From assembly GCA_050633305.1 (NCBI GenBank), contig JBOEGF010000020.1, positions 312 to 64,311 on the forward strand: 64,000 nt of DNA, in the 5' to 3' direction. The position numbers and the translations under genes were made by a program. Source of the DNA: Nannocystales bacterium (GTDB taxonomy: Bacteria > Myxococcota_A > Polyangia > Nannocystales > Nannocystaceae). Positions 29,137 to 41,200 of the stretch are shown here, piece after piece. Positions within the stretch are counted from its first letter, which is position 1; each line of letters starts with the position of its first letter. Under the pieces are notes generated by a model. It saw only the letters and a list, made by a program, of their open reading frames with translations, was not told where the DNA came from and did not search any database.

Positions 29137-30072
29137 CTAGAACCGCCCAGCGATCCCGCCCGCCGTCGGCCGTACTTCCATCGGAAGACTCCGGCGCTTG
29201 CGTCCAATCAACAACATCGCCGCACCGGCACCCACCCCGATCACGCCTGCGGTGGTCAACGACGCACCCGCGGCCACCGTGCCGAACAGCTGTGCACAGT
29301 TCCCCATCGGGTCGGGTCGACAATCAGTCTTGTACGGCCTGCCGTCCATGATCACCAACGGAATGCCCGCGGCGAGTCCGGCCAGGCCCAGCCCCAACGA
29401 CACTCCGCCGACGGTGAGCCAGCGCCGAGCCGAGCGATCTTTCGTGGGCACCACGACCAGCCGAAACCGCATCTCCTCGTCGACACCCGCACGCACATCC
29501 ACGGCTTTTGCGTCTTCGAGAAAACCGGGCTTCTCGACCCGAACAGCGTGGGGTCCGGCCGAGAGTGTCAGCTCGAGTGGGGTCGCTCCAACCGCGCGGT
29601 CGTCGACCATGACGGTCGCGCCCGGAGGATCTGAGGTGATTCGTACGATTCCCTCTTCGGGACGCTCTAGGCGCTCCCCCAGCGCGGCGGCACGAAGCTC
29701 GACCAACTCTGCAACCTCCTCGAGGCCGCAGATCTCGCAGACGTCGTCGACACTCCCCAGCCTCTCCCCGGTCGCGGCGCTGCGGGCCTCCAAAGCAAAG
29801 CGATAGACGTTGTCCTGTTGATCTACGGTCAAGAGAACGACCGCGGAAGCCGATGTGCTCGACATGGCCTCCCGGAAACAGGCGTCGGCAGCGCAGTCTT
29901 CGCGCCACCCTGCTCCGATCTGTACGACCCGTCCGGACCCCTCGATGCCTACCACGGCGCTATCAGACAGGGCTGACACCGTCTCTGCGGGTGCTTCGCT
30001 CTCGACCACCCGCAGCTCGACCTCGGGTGTCCCCGCGAACAGCGCGCCAGCGATCGAGAATGCGACAAACAT
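29137..30072 (-). CDS. PEGA-domain protein
   Basis: ITSDPPGATVMVDDRAVGATPLELTLSAGPHAVRVEKPGF; signal peptide; C-terminal hydrophobic helices. Confidence 0.9.
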   Translation of the reverse strand: MFVAFSIAGALFAGTPEVELRVVESEAPAETVSALSDSAVVGIEGSGRVVQIGAGWREDCAADACFREAMSSTSASAVVLLTVDQQDNVYRFALEARSAATGERLGSVDDVCEICGLEEVAELVELRAAALGERLERPEEGIVRITSDPPGATVMVDDRAVGATPLELTLSAGPHAVRVEKPGFLEDAKAVDVRAGVDEEMRFRLVVVPTKDRSARRWLTVGGVSLGLGLAGLAAGIPLVIMDGRPYKTDCRPDPMGNCAQLFGTVAAGASLTTAGVIGVGAGAAMLLIGRKRRSLPMEVRPTAGGIAGRF

Positions 30073-30142
30073 CAAACTGAGATTTTCCTGTAAGCTGGCT
30101 TATCCGTCAAGCACCCCGGTTGGGTTGCTTCGAGGAGGGGCC

Positions 30143-32224
<2,082 letters not shown>

Positions 32225-32250
32225 GCCCCGCGCCTCACCGGGAGACGGAC

Positions 32251-33189
32251 TCACAGACACGACCAAACGTCTACAAACGGGGGCTCGAAGTCGTGCTCGG
32301 ACGAGAGCGCGTACAACCCCTCGACCGCGGTCACATCCGCTTCGATCACGAGCGCGTCAGGTGTGGCGCCGATCTCTTCTCGCTCCAGGAAAAGGGTGAC
32401 CGCGAAGATCTCCCCCGCCATGATGTCCCCCGCTTCGACGGTGTACTCCCCGCTGTCCCACGCGGGGTCGACATGGTCCCACACGGTCCCATCGCCATCG
32501 GTCCAGCCGAAGGGCGCGTTGGGGTCCCCGTTGCAATTCCAGAACGTCGCACCGCCCTCGCCCGGAGCAAGTAAGCCACCATCTCGCTCGCCCTCAACCC
32601 ATGGACAGGGCGAATCTATCGCAACCGCGCTCAGCGTGAAGCTGCTCATCGCGACCTCCCCCTCGGCGACGAAGTGCACGGTGACTTCGATCAGATCCGA
32701 GGACGGCGACGGGTTCGGAATCCGAAGCAGCAGAACGCCGACATCCTCCCCGTCCCTCAATGGGCCAAAGACCCTCTGGCCATAGTTTTGGTCGCCACAG
32801 TTGTCTGGACAGGTCAGCAGGAATGCATCATCAACGACCGCCTCGGCGTGGGGAGTGCATTCGAATCCACCGGAACTGTCGTCGGAGGACGCTTCACCGC
32901 CCGAGCTGTCACCCGAGTGCCCCGTGTCTTCGGGCGGAGGTCCGCTTGGGTCCGTCGGGTCCGAATCCGAGCTCCCGCCTCCGGTCGAGTCCCCCTCGGT
33001 CACCGTGGTTACCGCCGAACCTGCGCCACCGCCAGAGGGGCTCGCGTTGCTGTCGCTCGCGGTCTTCTGTCCAGTGTCGGATGACCCCACACCTCCAGTC
33101 CCGCCGCCGCTCCCCTCGAACCCCGGGTTGAGCGCGACGCATCCTCCCGCCGCCATCAAACACGAAAGACCGAGTAAGCCACGAACCAT
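32251..33189 (-). CDS. lipoprotein with Ser/Gly linker and DNRLRE-like C-terminal domain
   Basis: Lipobox AGGC-VALNPGF; DDAFL...DQNYG and LSSEH motifs. Confidence 0.75.
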   Translation of the reverse strand: MVRGLLGLSCLMAAGGCVALNPGFEGSGGGTGGVGSSDTGQKTASDSNASPSGGGAGSAVTTVTEGDSTGGGSSDSDPTDPSGPPPEDTGHSGDSSGGEASSDDSSGGFECTPHAEAVVDDAFLLTCPDNCGDQNYGQRVFGPLRDGEDVGVLLLRIPNPSPSSDLIEVTVHFVAEGEVAMSSFTLSAVAIDSPCPWVEGERDGGLLAPGEGGATFWNCNGDPNAPFGWTDGDGTVWDHVDPAWDSGEYTVEAGDIMAGEIFAVTLFLEREEIGATPDALVIEADVTAVEGLYALSSEHDFEPPFVDVWSCL

Positions 33190-33229
33190 GTCTCCATGGT
33201 TTCACGACCCGGAGTTTCTGACCAGAAAC

Positions 33230-34837
33230 CTACTGCACTTCGTAGGCCCCAACGTCCGGAGCGCCGTTCCTTGGCTCGCCCCGCTGGTCCTCGGACAGGG
33301 CCCCGTCGACACCCGCATCGACCGCCGGACTCCCCGCGGGGAGGGCCATGGTGTGTGTAGCTCCCCCATTGTCCTCCAGGGACATGAGTTGAGGATCCAC
33401 GATACTCGTTCCCGGCGTGACCCGTTCGTTGGAGTTGCTATCGATTTCGAGCGCGGCATCGAGCCACTGGATGTTGCCTCCGCCGTCGCCCAACTCGCGG
33501 TTTGCGTGAAACCAAGCCCACCCGCCATCGCGATCGGAGGTGTTATTGACGAACAACGAGTTGGTCACGGTCACCTGCGCATCCTGTGCGGCCTGAATGC
33601 CGCCCCCGTGGAACTGGGCGTGGTTGTCCGCAAACGTGCAGTGCGACACCTCCGTCGGGCCCCCGACCAGGGCGACGGCGCCGCCCATCCCCATGCTCGC
33701 CGTGGTGCGGTTCTCGAAGAACGTGTTGTTGTGAAGATCGAGCCTCCCCGACTCGGTCAGAAACCACAATCCTCCTCCTCCACCCAGAGTCTCGTTGCCC
33801 TCGAACGTGCACCCCGAGATCAGCGCTCGGTTGGCATCCCGCTCTCGTGGGTAGTTCTCGTCGTCTTGCAGGTAGATCGCGCCGCCGCTTCCCCCCGCAG
33901 CGTCGTTGGTGCTGTTGTTGCGGAACGTGGTCTGGTCGATCACCACGGTCGCCCCCTGCCACTGGTGCGTGACCAGTGCGATCGCCCCCCCAGCATGCTT
34001 GGCCGCGTTCCCTTCGAAGAAGGAGCCACAGACCTCGAGGTAGGCCGTCTGCTCGTTTTGCGACAGCGCGTCCAGCGAGATCGCACCGCCGCGTCCTTCG
34101 AGCGCTCCGGTGCCCCCTTGACCCGTCGTTTCGTTGTCGACAAACGCCGTGTTCACGACCGAGAAGCTGCTCCCGAGCCCCCCGACCGCGCCGCCGTTGC
34201 TGCCCGCATTTCCGGTGAACTGCGAGTCCACGATCACCACGTCGGGGACGGCAAAGGCATACAGCGCTCCACCCCGAAGATCACCCGGCCCCGTGTCGCC
34301 GATGGTGTTGTTCTCGAAGTTCACGCCATACACCGAGAGCGTGCCCTGACCGTTGCCGAGCATCACCACCGCGGCGCCGCTACGACGACTGAAGTGTTCG
34401 TCATCCGGGACCCGGTTCACGGCGTCGCGTAGGGTCACGTTCATCACGGTGAGGTCGCCCTCTTCCGCGACGAACAGATGCGTCGAGCCGCCGCCGCTGA
34501 TCGTGTGGCCGCCTCCATCGATCACCACCGACTGCGTCGAGGGGAACGGGGCATCCGCGGTGATGTCCGCGGTCAACTGAATCTCCCCTCCGGCTGCGAC
34601 CGCCGCCCGAAGTTCGTCCGCCGTGCCCACTTCCGTGGGAGCGCTGAGCGTTGGCGCGACAGGAGCCTCGCAAGACGCCATCAACGGCGGAGGCGGGGGC
34701 GAGGACCCACCAGACTCTTCGGCGGAGCTGTCCCCCTGTGCGCCTGACTCCGCGTTGGTATCCGTATCCGCATCAGCGGGGTCGGCTCCGCAGCCAAGGA
34801 CGACAGTGGCAACCAGGACGAAGCGTCGCGAAGTCAC
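33230..34837 (-). CDS. right-handed beta-helix (polymorphic GGA[IL] repeat) lipoprotein with choice-of-anchor Q-like C-terminus
   Basis: Repeated FxxN...GGAI motifs; DNGGATHTMALPAGSPAVDAG...DQRGEPR...DVGAYE; GTG start at 34837. Confidence 0.9.
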   Translation of the reverse strand: MTSRRFVLVATVVLGCGADPADADTDTNAESGAQGDSSAEESGGSSPPPPPLMASCEAPVAPTLSAPTEVGTADELRAAVAAGGEIQLTADITADAPFPSTQSVVIDGGGHTISGGGSTHLFVAEEGDLTVMNVTLRDAVNRVPDDEHFSRRSGAAVVMLGNGQGTLSVYGVNFENNTIGDTGPGDLRGGALYAFAVPDVVIVDSQFTGNAGSNGGAVGGLGSSFSVVNTAFVDNETTGQGGTGALEGRGGAISLDALSQNEQTAYLEVCGSFFEGNAAKHAGGAIALVTHQWQGATVVIDQTTFRNNSTNDAAGGSGGAIYLQDDENYPRERDANRALISGCTFEGNETLGGGGGLWFLTESGRLDLHNNTFFENRTTASMGMGGAVALVGGPTEVSHCTFADNHAQFHGGGIQAAQDAQVTVTNSLFVNNTSDRDGGWAWFHANRELGDGGGNIQWLDAALEIDSNSNERVTPGTSIVDPQLMSLEDNGGATHTMALPAGSPAVDAGVDGALSEDQRGEPRNGAPDVGAYEVQ

Positions 34838-34899
34838 CCGCCGACGATAACGCGGAGCACGACGCCGAGCGGGACGTTTCGGACCCCCCTCAGAGCTGC

Positions 34900-35286
34900 T
34901 CAGGCCTTCACAACCCGCAGGGCCGGTATCGCATGCTCGCGAAGGTCCTCCAGCGACACGACCTCCAGCGTGGCCTCGTGGGTCGACTCCAACACCACGG
35001 GCGGCGCCATCCCGGCTTCGAGCGCGAACTTCCACCGACCTGCGCACAGACACCACCGGTCGCCTGGCTTCAAACCGGGAAACCCGAACTGAGGCATCGG
35101 GGTGGAGAGGTCGTTGCCATTGCTCTTGGAGAACGCGAGGAAGTCTTCGGTGACCCGAGCGCACACGGTGTGCACGCCATGGTCTTCGGCACACGTGCGA
35201 CACGCCCCATCGCGGAAGAAGCCCGTCACCGGGTCGGTGCCGCACGGGTGCAGCGGATTCCCCAAGACGTTGCGCTCCTCGCTCAT
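34900..35286 (-). CDS. DUF2237 family protein
   Basis: NVLGNPLHPCGTDPVTGFFRDG, GNDLSTP, LKPGDRWCLCA. Confidence 0.93.
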   Translation of the reverse strand: MSEERNVLGNPLHPCGTDPVTGFFRDGACRTCAEDHGVHTVCARVTEDFLAFSKSNGNDLSTPMPQFGFPGLKPGDRWCLCAGRWKFALEAGMAPPVVLESTHEATLEVVSLEDLREHAIPALRVVKA

Positions 35287-35447
35287 CGCGCGGCAGGGTA
35301 GCAGGCAGTCCCCGTCCCGTCCGACGCTTCACATCGAAGCGACGGTTGCGGCACCCGCTGCGCCGCAGCGGCAATGCAGCCCCTGGTGCAACACCCGCCG
35401 TCGACACGCGGTGAGGGATTGGGCGCGCAGGGTCGTTGGGGGTCTCG

Positions 35448-36590
35448 ATGCTCCGTCGCCAGAGTCCAACCCCCAGTACGATTCTCCGTCTCGCTCTCTC
35501 CGCCGCCCTCTTGGCTGCCTCGGGGTGTACCTACGGGACGGTTTCCGACATCGATGATGGCTCCCCGATCGTCGGTGCACAGGTCACATTCATCTCCGCA
35601 GGGTCGACACACGAGACGCTCAGCGAGACCCCCACGACCGACCCCACCAACAGCGAGAGTTTCAACTATTTCATCTCGCCGTACTCGATCTCAACCTCCG
35701 CGGTCGACTGGTCCAACGCCGTCGTCGGGCCTTGGGCGCTAGCGATCGCCGGGGCCGACGGCTACGACCGCGAAGCTTTCCCCGCGGAGCACGATTGGCT
35801 CAACGCCGACATCTGCCGGATCGTGCATGACTACGAGTGGGCTGAACGAGCCTGCCTCCGCCGAGACTTCGGCCTCTCTCCCGAAGATGGCGCCCACACC
35901 ATGCCCCCGGACTTGATCGTCCGACAAAGTGTGATGAAGGGATGCAGCGTCAGCGGGGTCGGAAACAACGCGCAGCTCGTCGCCCCCTTTGCGGTGTCCA
36001 ACTTGGGGCGCGGTCCGCTGGAGATTCTCAAAGCCGCAGGCAACCCCAACGGCTTCCAGATCCTGCGCCGTCGCGCGGGGACTTCGATCGCGCAGTTCGT
36101 TGGCGCGTGGCAGAACTTCGGCACCGTCGCGCCGTGGTTCGCGGTTGCAGACGACTCGGTTTCGGTTCGGCTCGTCGACGACACCGGTGCTGTGCTCGCG
36201 TCGTCGGAGCAACCGCTGTGCTCCACAGACGCCGCGATCGCCGAAGCGAGTCTACTTCCCGGAGGCCTGCACGAGCTCGGAGGCCTCCAGGCTCTCGCCG
36301 ACACGTTCTATGGCGGAGATGTCTCCCCGTTCGGCGATGTGGACTGCGGAGCGCTCGAAACCCAAGGTCTCTCCGTCGCCCACTCCACCGGTGGCGTCGC
36401 GTTGCTCCAACTCGCTGGCGTTGCCGACGGGGACTACACCCTCGAGATCGGAGTCAACGAATCCGGGCTGTTTACCGAACGATCCTTGGCCAACAACGTC
36501 GCCTCGATCGACGTGACCTACGCCGGCGGCCAGATCACGCAAGGGTGCGACGCGTCCGCGCCTGACATCAACAGCCCCGGACTCTTCTGA
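35448..36590 (+). CDS. lipoprotein with a lysyl-oxidase-like domain
   Basis: Lipobox ASGC; PDL...SNLGRGPLEI...QGLSV...DGDYTLEIGVN...E..LANN scaffold. Confidence 0.7.
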   Translation: MLRRQSPTPSTILRLALSAALLAASGCTYGTVSDIDDGSPIVGAQVTFISAGSTHETLSETPTTDPTNSESFNYFISPYSISTSAVDWSNAVVGPWALAIAGADGYDREAFPAEHDWLNADICRIVHDYEWAERACLRRDFGLSPEDGAHTMPPDLIVRQSVMKGCSVSGVGNNAQLVAPFAVSNLGRGPLEILKAAGNPNGFQILRRRAGTSIAQFVGAWQNFGTVAPWFAVADDSVSVRLVDDTGAVLASSEQPLCSTDAAIAEASLLPGGLHELGGLQALADTFYGGDVSPFGDVDCGALETQGLSVAHSTGGVALLQLAGVADGDYTLEIGVNESGLFTERSLANNVASIDVTYAGGQITQGCDASAPDINSPGLF

Positions 36591-36626
36591 TCGCATGTGC
36601 CCCGCGTTCGTCGGGGACGCCTTCAC

Positions 36627-37319
36627 CTACAAGAACGTCCCACCGACGTTCAGTCCAAGCACCATCTGGTGGACCGGGCCCGCGTCGGTGTCCTGTGCAG
36701 GACCGCACCGCGTCTCCCCTCCGCGCTGCTGACAGACGTCGCCCTGAGCATTGAGCAGCAAGTCGAAGCGTGCTCCCAGGAACACGCGGTCGCTGATGAA
36801 GAGATCCAGCGTGGGACCCAGCAGGGCCGAGAACCCCGCGGAGTAGTCCCGGTCGTCGCCGGGCAAGCGGAAGACTTGCCGCGAGAACCCACTGCCCAGG
36901 CTTAGGCCCAAGTCGAATCGCCACAGCGGGATGCTGGGTCGCACCACCCCGTAGATCGAGTGCTGATATGCAAACTCGTATGGGAGGCCGTCCGGATTGA
37001 CGAACGACATGTCGAACATGCCGAAGCGGTACGCGGCCCCCACGAACACGTAGTCGTTGATCCGGTAGCCAAGCTCTGCACCGGTGGCCAGTGATGGACG
37101 GGTGGTCCCATCCACGGTCGTGCCCGAGAGCGTGGACTCGCGCGAGCACGAGGCCCTCCCCGGAAGGCACGCCGAGCCCCCCGCGAGCAGACTCCACTGC
37201 CCACCCTTGCGGCGAATCTGCGGTCCAGCCTCGTCTGCGGCCTCTGCAGCAGTCGGCGCCGCAATCCACACCAGGGCGAGAAAGGCGGTCGGGGCGAAGA
37301 ACTTCACAGGGCTGCGCAT
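36627..37319 (-). CDS. outer-membrane beta-barrel protein
   Basis: Signal peptide; alternating strands GAELGYRINDYVFVG, FLGARFDL, LGLNVGGTFL. Confidence 0.75.
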   Translation of the reverse strand: MRSPVKFFAPTAFLALVWIAAPTAAEAADEAGPQIRRKGGQWSLLAGGSACLPGRASCSRESTLSGTTVDGTTRPSLATGAELGYRINDYVFVGAAYRFGMFDMSFVNPDGLPYEFAYQHSIYGVVRPSIPLWRFDLGLSLGSGFSRQVFRLPGDDRDYSAGFSALLGPTLDLFISDRVFLGARFDLLLNAQGDVCQQRGGETRCGPAQDTDAGPVHQMVLGLNVGGTFL

Positions 37320-37386
37320 GAGCGGCGGGAGGATTGCGCGAGCCCACGCGCAGACCAAGAAACCCGCGCTTGTCGTACCCGCAAGC

Positions 37387-38175
37387 CTACGTCAGCCCGA
37401 AGAACTTCCGGGTGTTTGCCGTGGCTGCGGCTGCCACCGCCTCGGGGGTCTGCGCGCGAAGTTTCGCGACCGCGGCGAGCACGTGGGGAAGCATGGCGGG
37501 CTCGTTGCGACGGGGTGTGCCCTTGGGTGCGTCTCGGGGCGTCAAGAAGGGGGCGTCCGTCTCGAGCATGAGCCGATCGTCAGGAATGACCGCAACCGCC
37601 TCGCGCAGCGCTTGTCCGCGACGCTCGTCACAGACCCATCCCGTGATCCCCAACGATGCGCCCATCGCCAGGTACCGCTCCGCTTGCTCCGGTCCGCCGG
37701 TAAAGCAGTGCACCACCATCCCGGCCAGTCGCGACGCAAACGGCTCGAGGATCTCGCACATCGCTTGGTGCGCGTCGCGTTCGTGGAGGAACACGGGGAG
37801 CTGGACGTCCGCGGCGATCTCCAGTTGGGCCCGCAAACACGCGCGCTGGTCGTCGGGTGTCGAGAAGTTGCGGTTGAAGTCCAAGCCGCACTCCCCGATC
37901 GCCACCACTTCGTCGCGGGCGGCCAACGTGCGGATCGCGGTCGCGGTGTCTGCCGAGAACTCCTTGGCGTGGTGCGGGTGTGTACCCGCGGTCGCCGAGA
38001 GGCGTTCGCGATCGTCCCGCGCCATCGTCGCAGCCGCCTCGCTGGCCGACGCGCTGGTCCCGGTGATGATCATGTGACCCACGCCCGCTGCGTGGGCCCG
38101 CTCCATCACCGCGGACCGATCCTTGTCGAAGGACCGATGCGCCAAGTTCAACCCGATATCGATGAGCTCGATCAT
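37387..38175 (-). CDS. tatD: TatD-family deoxyribonuclease
   Basis: IDIGLNL, TAGTHPH, IGECGLDF, FLHERDA, VHCFTG, LETDAP. Confidence 0.96.
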   Translation of the reverse strand: MIELIDIGLNLAHRSFDKDRSAVMERAHAAGVGHMIITGTSASASEAAATMARDDRERLSATAGTHPHHAKEFSADTATAIRTLAARDEVVAIGECGLDFNRNFSTPDDQRACLRAQLEIAADVQLPVFLHERDAHQAMCEILEPFASRLAGMVVHCFTGGPEQAERYLAMGASLGITGWVCDERRGQALREAVAVIPDDRLMLETDAPFLTPRDAPKGTPRRNEPAMLPHVLAAVAKLRAQTPEAVAAAATANTRKFFGLT

Positions 38176-38326
38176 GCCAGCGCCCGTTGAGGGCCGAGCG
38201 ATCGTCGGTCAAAGCCAACGGTGCCGCAAGAGTCCGCGGCGCCGCCTCCACACAGATGTAGGCGCTGGGTCGTGGGCAAAAAAAACTGAGACACCTTCGT
38301 CCCCCGTGGCAATAGGAGGGTGTCGC

Positions 38327-39706
38327 ATGAACCAACCAGGCTCAACGGACCGATTCTCGGCCACAGACCTCGCTCAGCTGCGGAGCCTGGCGCGCAGTCT
38401 GGTCTCGGTTCAGGAAGCGGACGATCTGGCCCACGAGGGCTGGATTGCGAGCCACGGAGCCAGTCACGACGGACATCCAGCGTGGTGGAGGACCGTGCTT
38501 CGGCGCCGCCGCGACATGACCGTCCGGTCGGATCTTCGCCGCCAATCGCGCGAAGCTCGAACCGAGGCAGGGCACACCGAGGCCACACCACCCGATGCCG
38601 CACTCCAGCGAAACGAGCTCTGTGAGGCGCTGCAGAGGGCTCTCGCTCACCTCGATCCACAGGACCGTGACCTCGTCCTGCGCCGCTACTGCGAAGGCCA
38701 CACCGCCGGCGAGCTCTCCACGGAGTTCGGCCTGCCTTCATCAACGGTCCGCACCCGACTCTCACGGAGTTTGCAGCGCATGCGTGACCACCTCGATCGC
38801 ACCGGGGGCCGAGCCGCGTGGATGAGCGCCGCGGTGGCCTGGTCCCCCGAATCCCTCACCAGCCCCGGAGTTCTCGCCGTGTCCACATCCACAACCACCA
38901 AAGCCATCGCCGCCACCGCATTCGGAAGTCTGCTCGTCGCTTGCATCGCCATGACGCAAGACGACACCGAAGCTCCCGACGAATCCGAGCTCCCCGCCGC
39001 GACAGCCACCGCAACCGCGGCCACAAAGCTCGATGCGACCTCCGACGACGGGTCCGCCAAGGGCCGTCGCAAGCGCTGGGAATCGCTTCGAGGGGCAATC
39101 GCGTCGCGACGTGCAAAGCGCGACAAGCCCGACTCGGAGCCGTCCGTCCTCGGCGACCGGACGCATGAAGATGTGCTGGCGGAGATGGAAGACGAACTCC
39201 AACGGTTCGAGGCCCTTGGCCCCCTGATGGCGTCCGTGCTCGAGCAGGGCGTTCCCCTGTTCGTCGAGTGCTTGGAGGCGTTGCCCAAGGGCGCGACCGG
39301 CAAGCTTCACCTGCGTGCTGACGTCATCGGCGAGCCGGAGCTCGGGGCTATCGTCGAGAGCGTCGAAGTCGTGGACGATTCGCTCGACGAGCCCGCCGTG
39401 GAGGAGTGCCTGCGCGAGTCCGCCTACTCGATCGCCCTCGAGTCTGTCGATGAGCCTGTCTCGAAGTCGCTCAACATCACGGTCGACATGGCGGATCGTA
39501 GCCTGTCGGTGAACACCAACCTGGACCTCGAGCACTTCGTCGACATGCCCACCCGAGACCCCGAGCTGTGGGCAGAGATGATGAAGAACCCCAAGGCGTT
39601 GGAGAACCTCTCCAAGCTACTCGAGGTTCCGAAGATCGTGGAGGAACACCCAGAGTTCGCCGCGTCCCTCGAGGCAGCCCTCGCCGCATCGAAGCACGCC
39701 GAGTAG
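38327..39706 (+). CDS. ECF sigma factor fused to a hydrophobic segment and C-terminal AgmX/PglI-like domain
   Basis: EADDLAHEGW region 2; LPSSTVRTRLSRSL region 4; later CLEAL...GAIVESVEV...VEECLRE domain; RBS ggagg. Confidence 0.82.
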   Translation: MNQPGSTDRFSATDLAQLRSLARSLVSVQEADDLAHEGWIASHGASHDGHPAWWRTVLRRRRDMTVRSDLRRQSREARTEAGHTEATPPDAALQRNELCEALQRALAHLDPQDRDLVLRRYCEGHTAGELSTEFGLPSSTVRTRLSRSLQRMRDHLDRTGGRAAWMSAAVAWSPESLTSPGVLAVSTSTTTKAIAATAFGSLLVACIAMTQDDTEAPDESELPAATATATAATKLDATSDDGSAKGRRKRWESLRGAIASRRAKRDKPDSEPSVLGDRTHEDVLAEMEDELQRFEALGPLMASVLEQGVPLFVECLEALPKGATGKLHLRADVIGEPELGAIVESVEVVDDSLDEPAVEECLRESAYSIALESVDEPVSKSLNITVDMADRSLSVNTNLDLEHFVDMPTRDPELWAEMMKNPKALENLSKLLEVPKIVEEHPEFAASLEAALAASKHAE

Positions 39707-39795
39707 TTCGGGCTCCGCGCCGCTCGCCGGCCGTTCCCGACCGTCCGTGGGATCCGTAGGCACAATTCAGCCGGTTCGAACGTACTCCCGCCGTG

Positions 39796-40620
39796 ATGCT
39801 GGAAGGACCCTATGGACTGGCCATGATCGCCGCGACCACGGTTGGCTTCGCGTTTCTCGCTCTTGGGGTGCCCATCTGGGTGGGCCGCTCCGACCCGCGA
39901 CTGGGGCGCGCCTGCGCATGGGCCATGGTTGTGGGACTCGGAATGACGCTTGGCCTTCAAGCGTTGACCGACATTCCGCGTCCGGGCAGCACATCTGCGT
40001 TTCTGCCCGAGCCGCCGTTCGGCTCCTTCCCCAGTGGACACGCGGTGCTGATCGGCATCGCGTTGGCCATCACGTTCGCGCACCATCGCGGCGCCGCGGT
40101 CTGCATGATCCCGCTCGCCGTTGTGGTCGGCTACAGCCGAGTCGAGCTTGGGCACCACCACGGCGTCGATGTGTGGGCGGGCACCGCGATAGGCCTGGGC
40201 CTGGGCATCGCCGCAGCGGGCCTGAACAACTCCCCGCGCGCCGACCCCTGGCGCTGGCGATGGCTCTTGTGGCCCCAGCTGGGCCTCGTGGTCGCGGCCA
40301 CGCTTGTCGCGTACACGGGTGCGTTCTCGGGCTCGAACACGGCCTGGCTGTCGATCCCCGGCACCGATAAAGCGTTGCACTTCCTCATGTTTGGAGCACT
40401 CGCATTCGGGACCCACTTCGCGTGCCGCGGGCGTCGCTGGCGAAGCATACCTTGGGCCGTCGCCCTCCCGCTCGCAGGTGCCGTCGCCGAAGAGTTCCTG
40501 CAGTCCACGTCCCCTCACCGAACGGCTGATCCGGTCGATCTGCTCGCCGACCTCCTGGGGCTGCTCCTGTTCTGGAAGATCGCCGAGCGGATCACGAAAC
40601 GCAGCGAAGCATCACTGTAA
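39796..40620 (+). CDS. PAP2 phosphatase-VanZ fusion membrane protein
   Basis: SFPSGHA and SRVELGHHHGVDV (PAP2); DKALHFLMFG and EFLQSTSPHRTADPVDLLAD (VanZ). Confidence 0.85.
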   Translation: MLEGPYGLAMIAATTVGFAFLALGVPIWVGRSDPRLGRACAWAMVVGLGMTLGLQALTDIPRPGSTSAFLPEPPFGSFPSGHAVLIGIALAITFAHHRGAAVCMIPLAVVVGYSRVELGHHHGVDVWAGTAIGLGLGIAAAGLNNSPRADPWRWRWLLWPQLGLVVAATLVAYTGAFSGSNTAWLSIPGTDKALHFLMFGALAFGTHFACRGRRWRSIPWAVALPLAGAVAEEFLQSTSPHRTADPVDLLADLLGLLLFWKIAERITKRSEASL

Positions 40621-40630
40621 GCTGCCCGGC

Positions 40631-41182
40631 ATGGATGCCGCGACGAACCTGGCCGACAACGTCAAAGTGCTCCGTGAGACCCGCGGACTCACGCAGAGCC
40701 AGATGGCCAAGGCTGCCGGGTTGCCGCGCCCGACGTGGGCCAACCTCGAGTCGGGCGGGGCCAACCCGACGCTCTCCGTCCTGATGAAAGTCGCCGCCGC
40801 GCTGCAAGTCACGCTCGAGGAGCTGGTCGGCGCCCCCCGGGCCAGCGCGCGCCTGTACCGGGCCAGCGAGCTGCCGGAGCAAAAGCGCGGCAAAGCCCTC
40901 GTTCGCAAGCTGCTCCCCGATCCGATCCCCGGCTTGGAGCTCGAGCGCATGCAGTTCCCGCCGGGTGCGGCGTTCGCAGGGGTGCCCCACACGCCAGGCA
41001 CCCGCGAGTACCTCACCTGCGAAGCAGGGTCGCTCGAGCTCAGCGCCGGCGGCGAACGATGGACGTTGGAGCCCGGCGATGTCGTGGTCTTTCGCGGGGA
41101 CCAACGCCACGGCTACCGCAACGCGGGTCGCAAGACAGCCGTCGCCTACAGCGCCGTGAGCCTGGCGCCGGGTATCGGATGA
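40631..41182 (+). CDS. XRE-family HTH + cupin transcriptional regulator
   Basis: GLTQSQMAKAAGLPRPTWANLESGGANPTL; HTPGTREY...GDVVVFRGDQRHGYRN. Confidence 0.93.
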   Translation: MDAATNLADNVKVLRETRGLTQSQMAKAAGLPRPTWANLESGGANPTLSVLMKVAAALQVTLEELVGAPRASARLYRASELPEQKRGKALVRKLLPDPIPGLELERMQFPPGAAFAGVPHTPGTREYLTCEAGSLELSAGGERWTLEPGDVVVFRGDQRHGYRNAGRKTAVAYSAVSLAPGIG

Positions 41183-41200
41183 AGGCGCTACACTCCGCGC

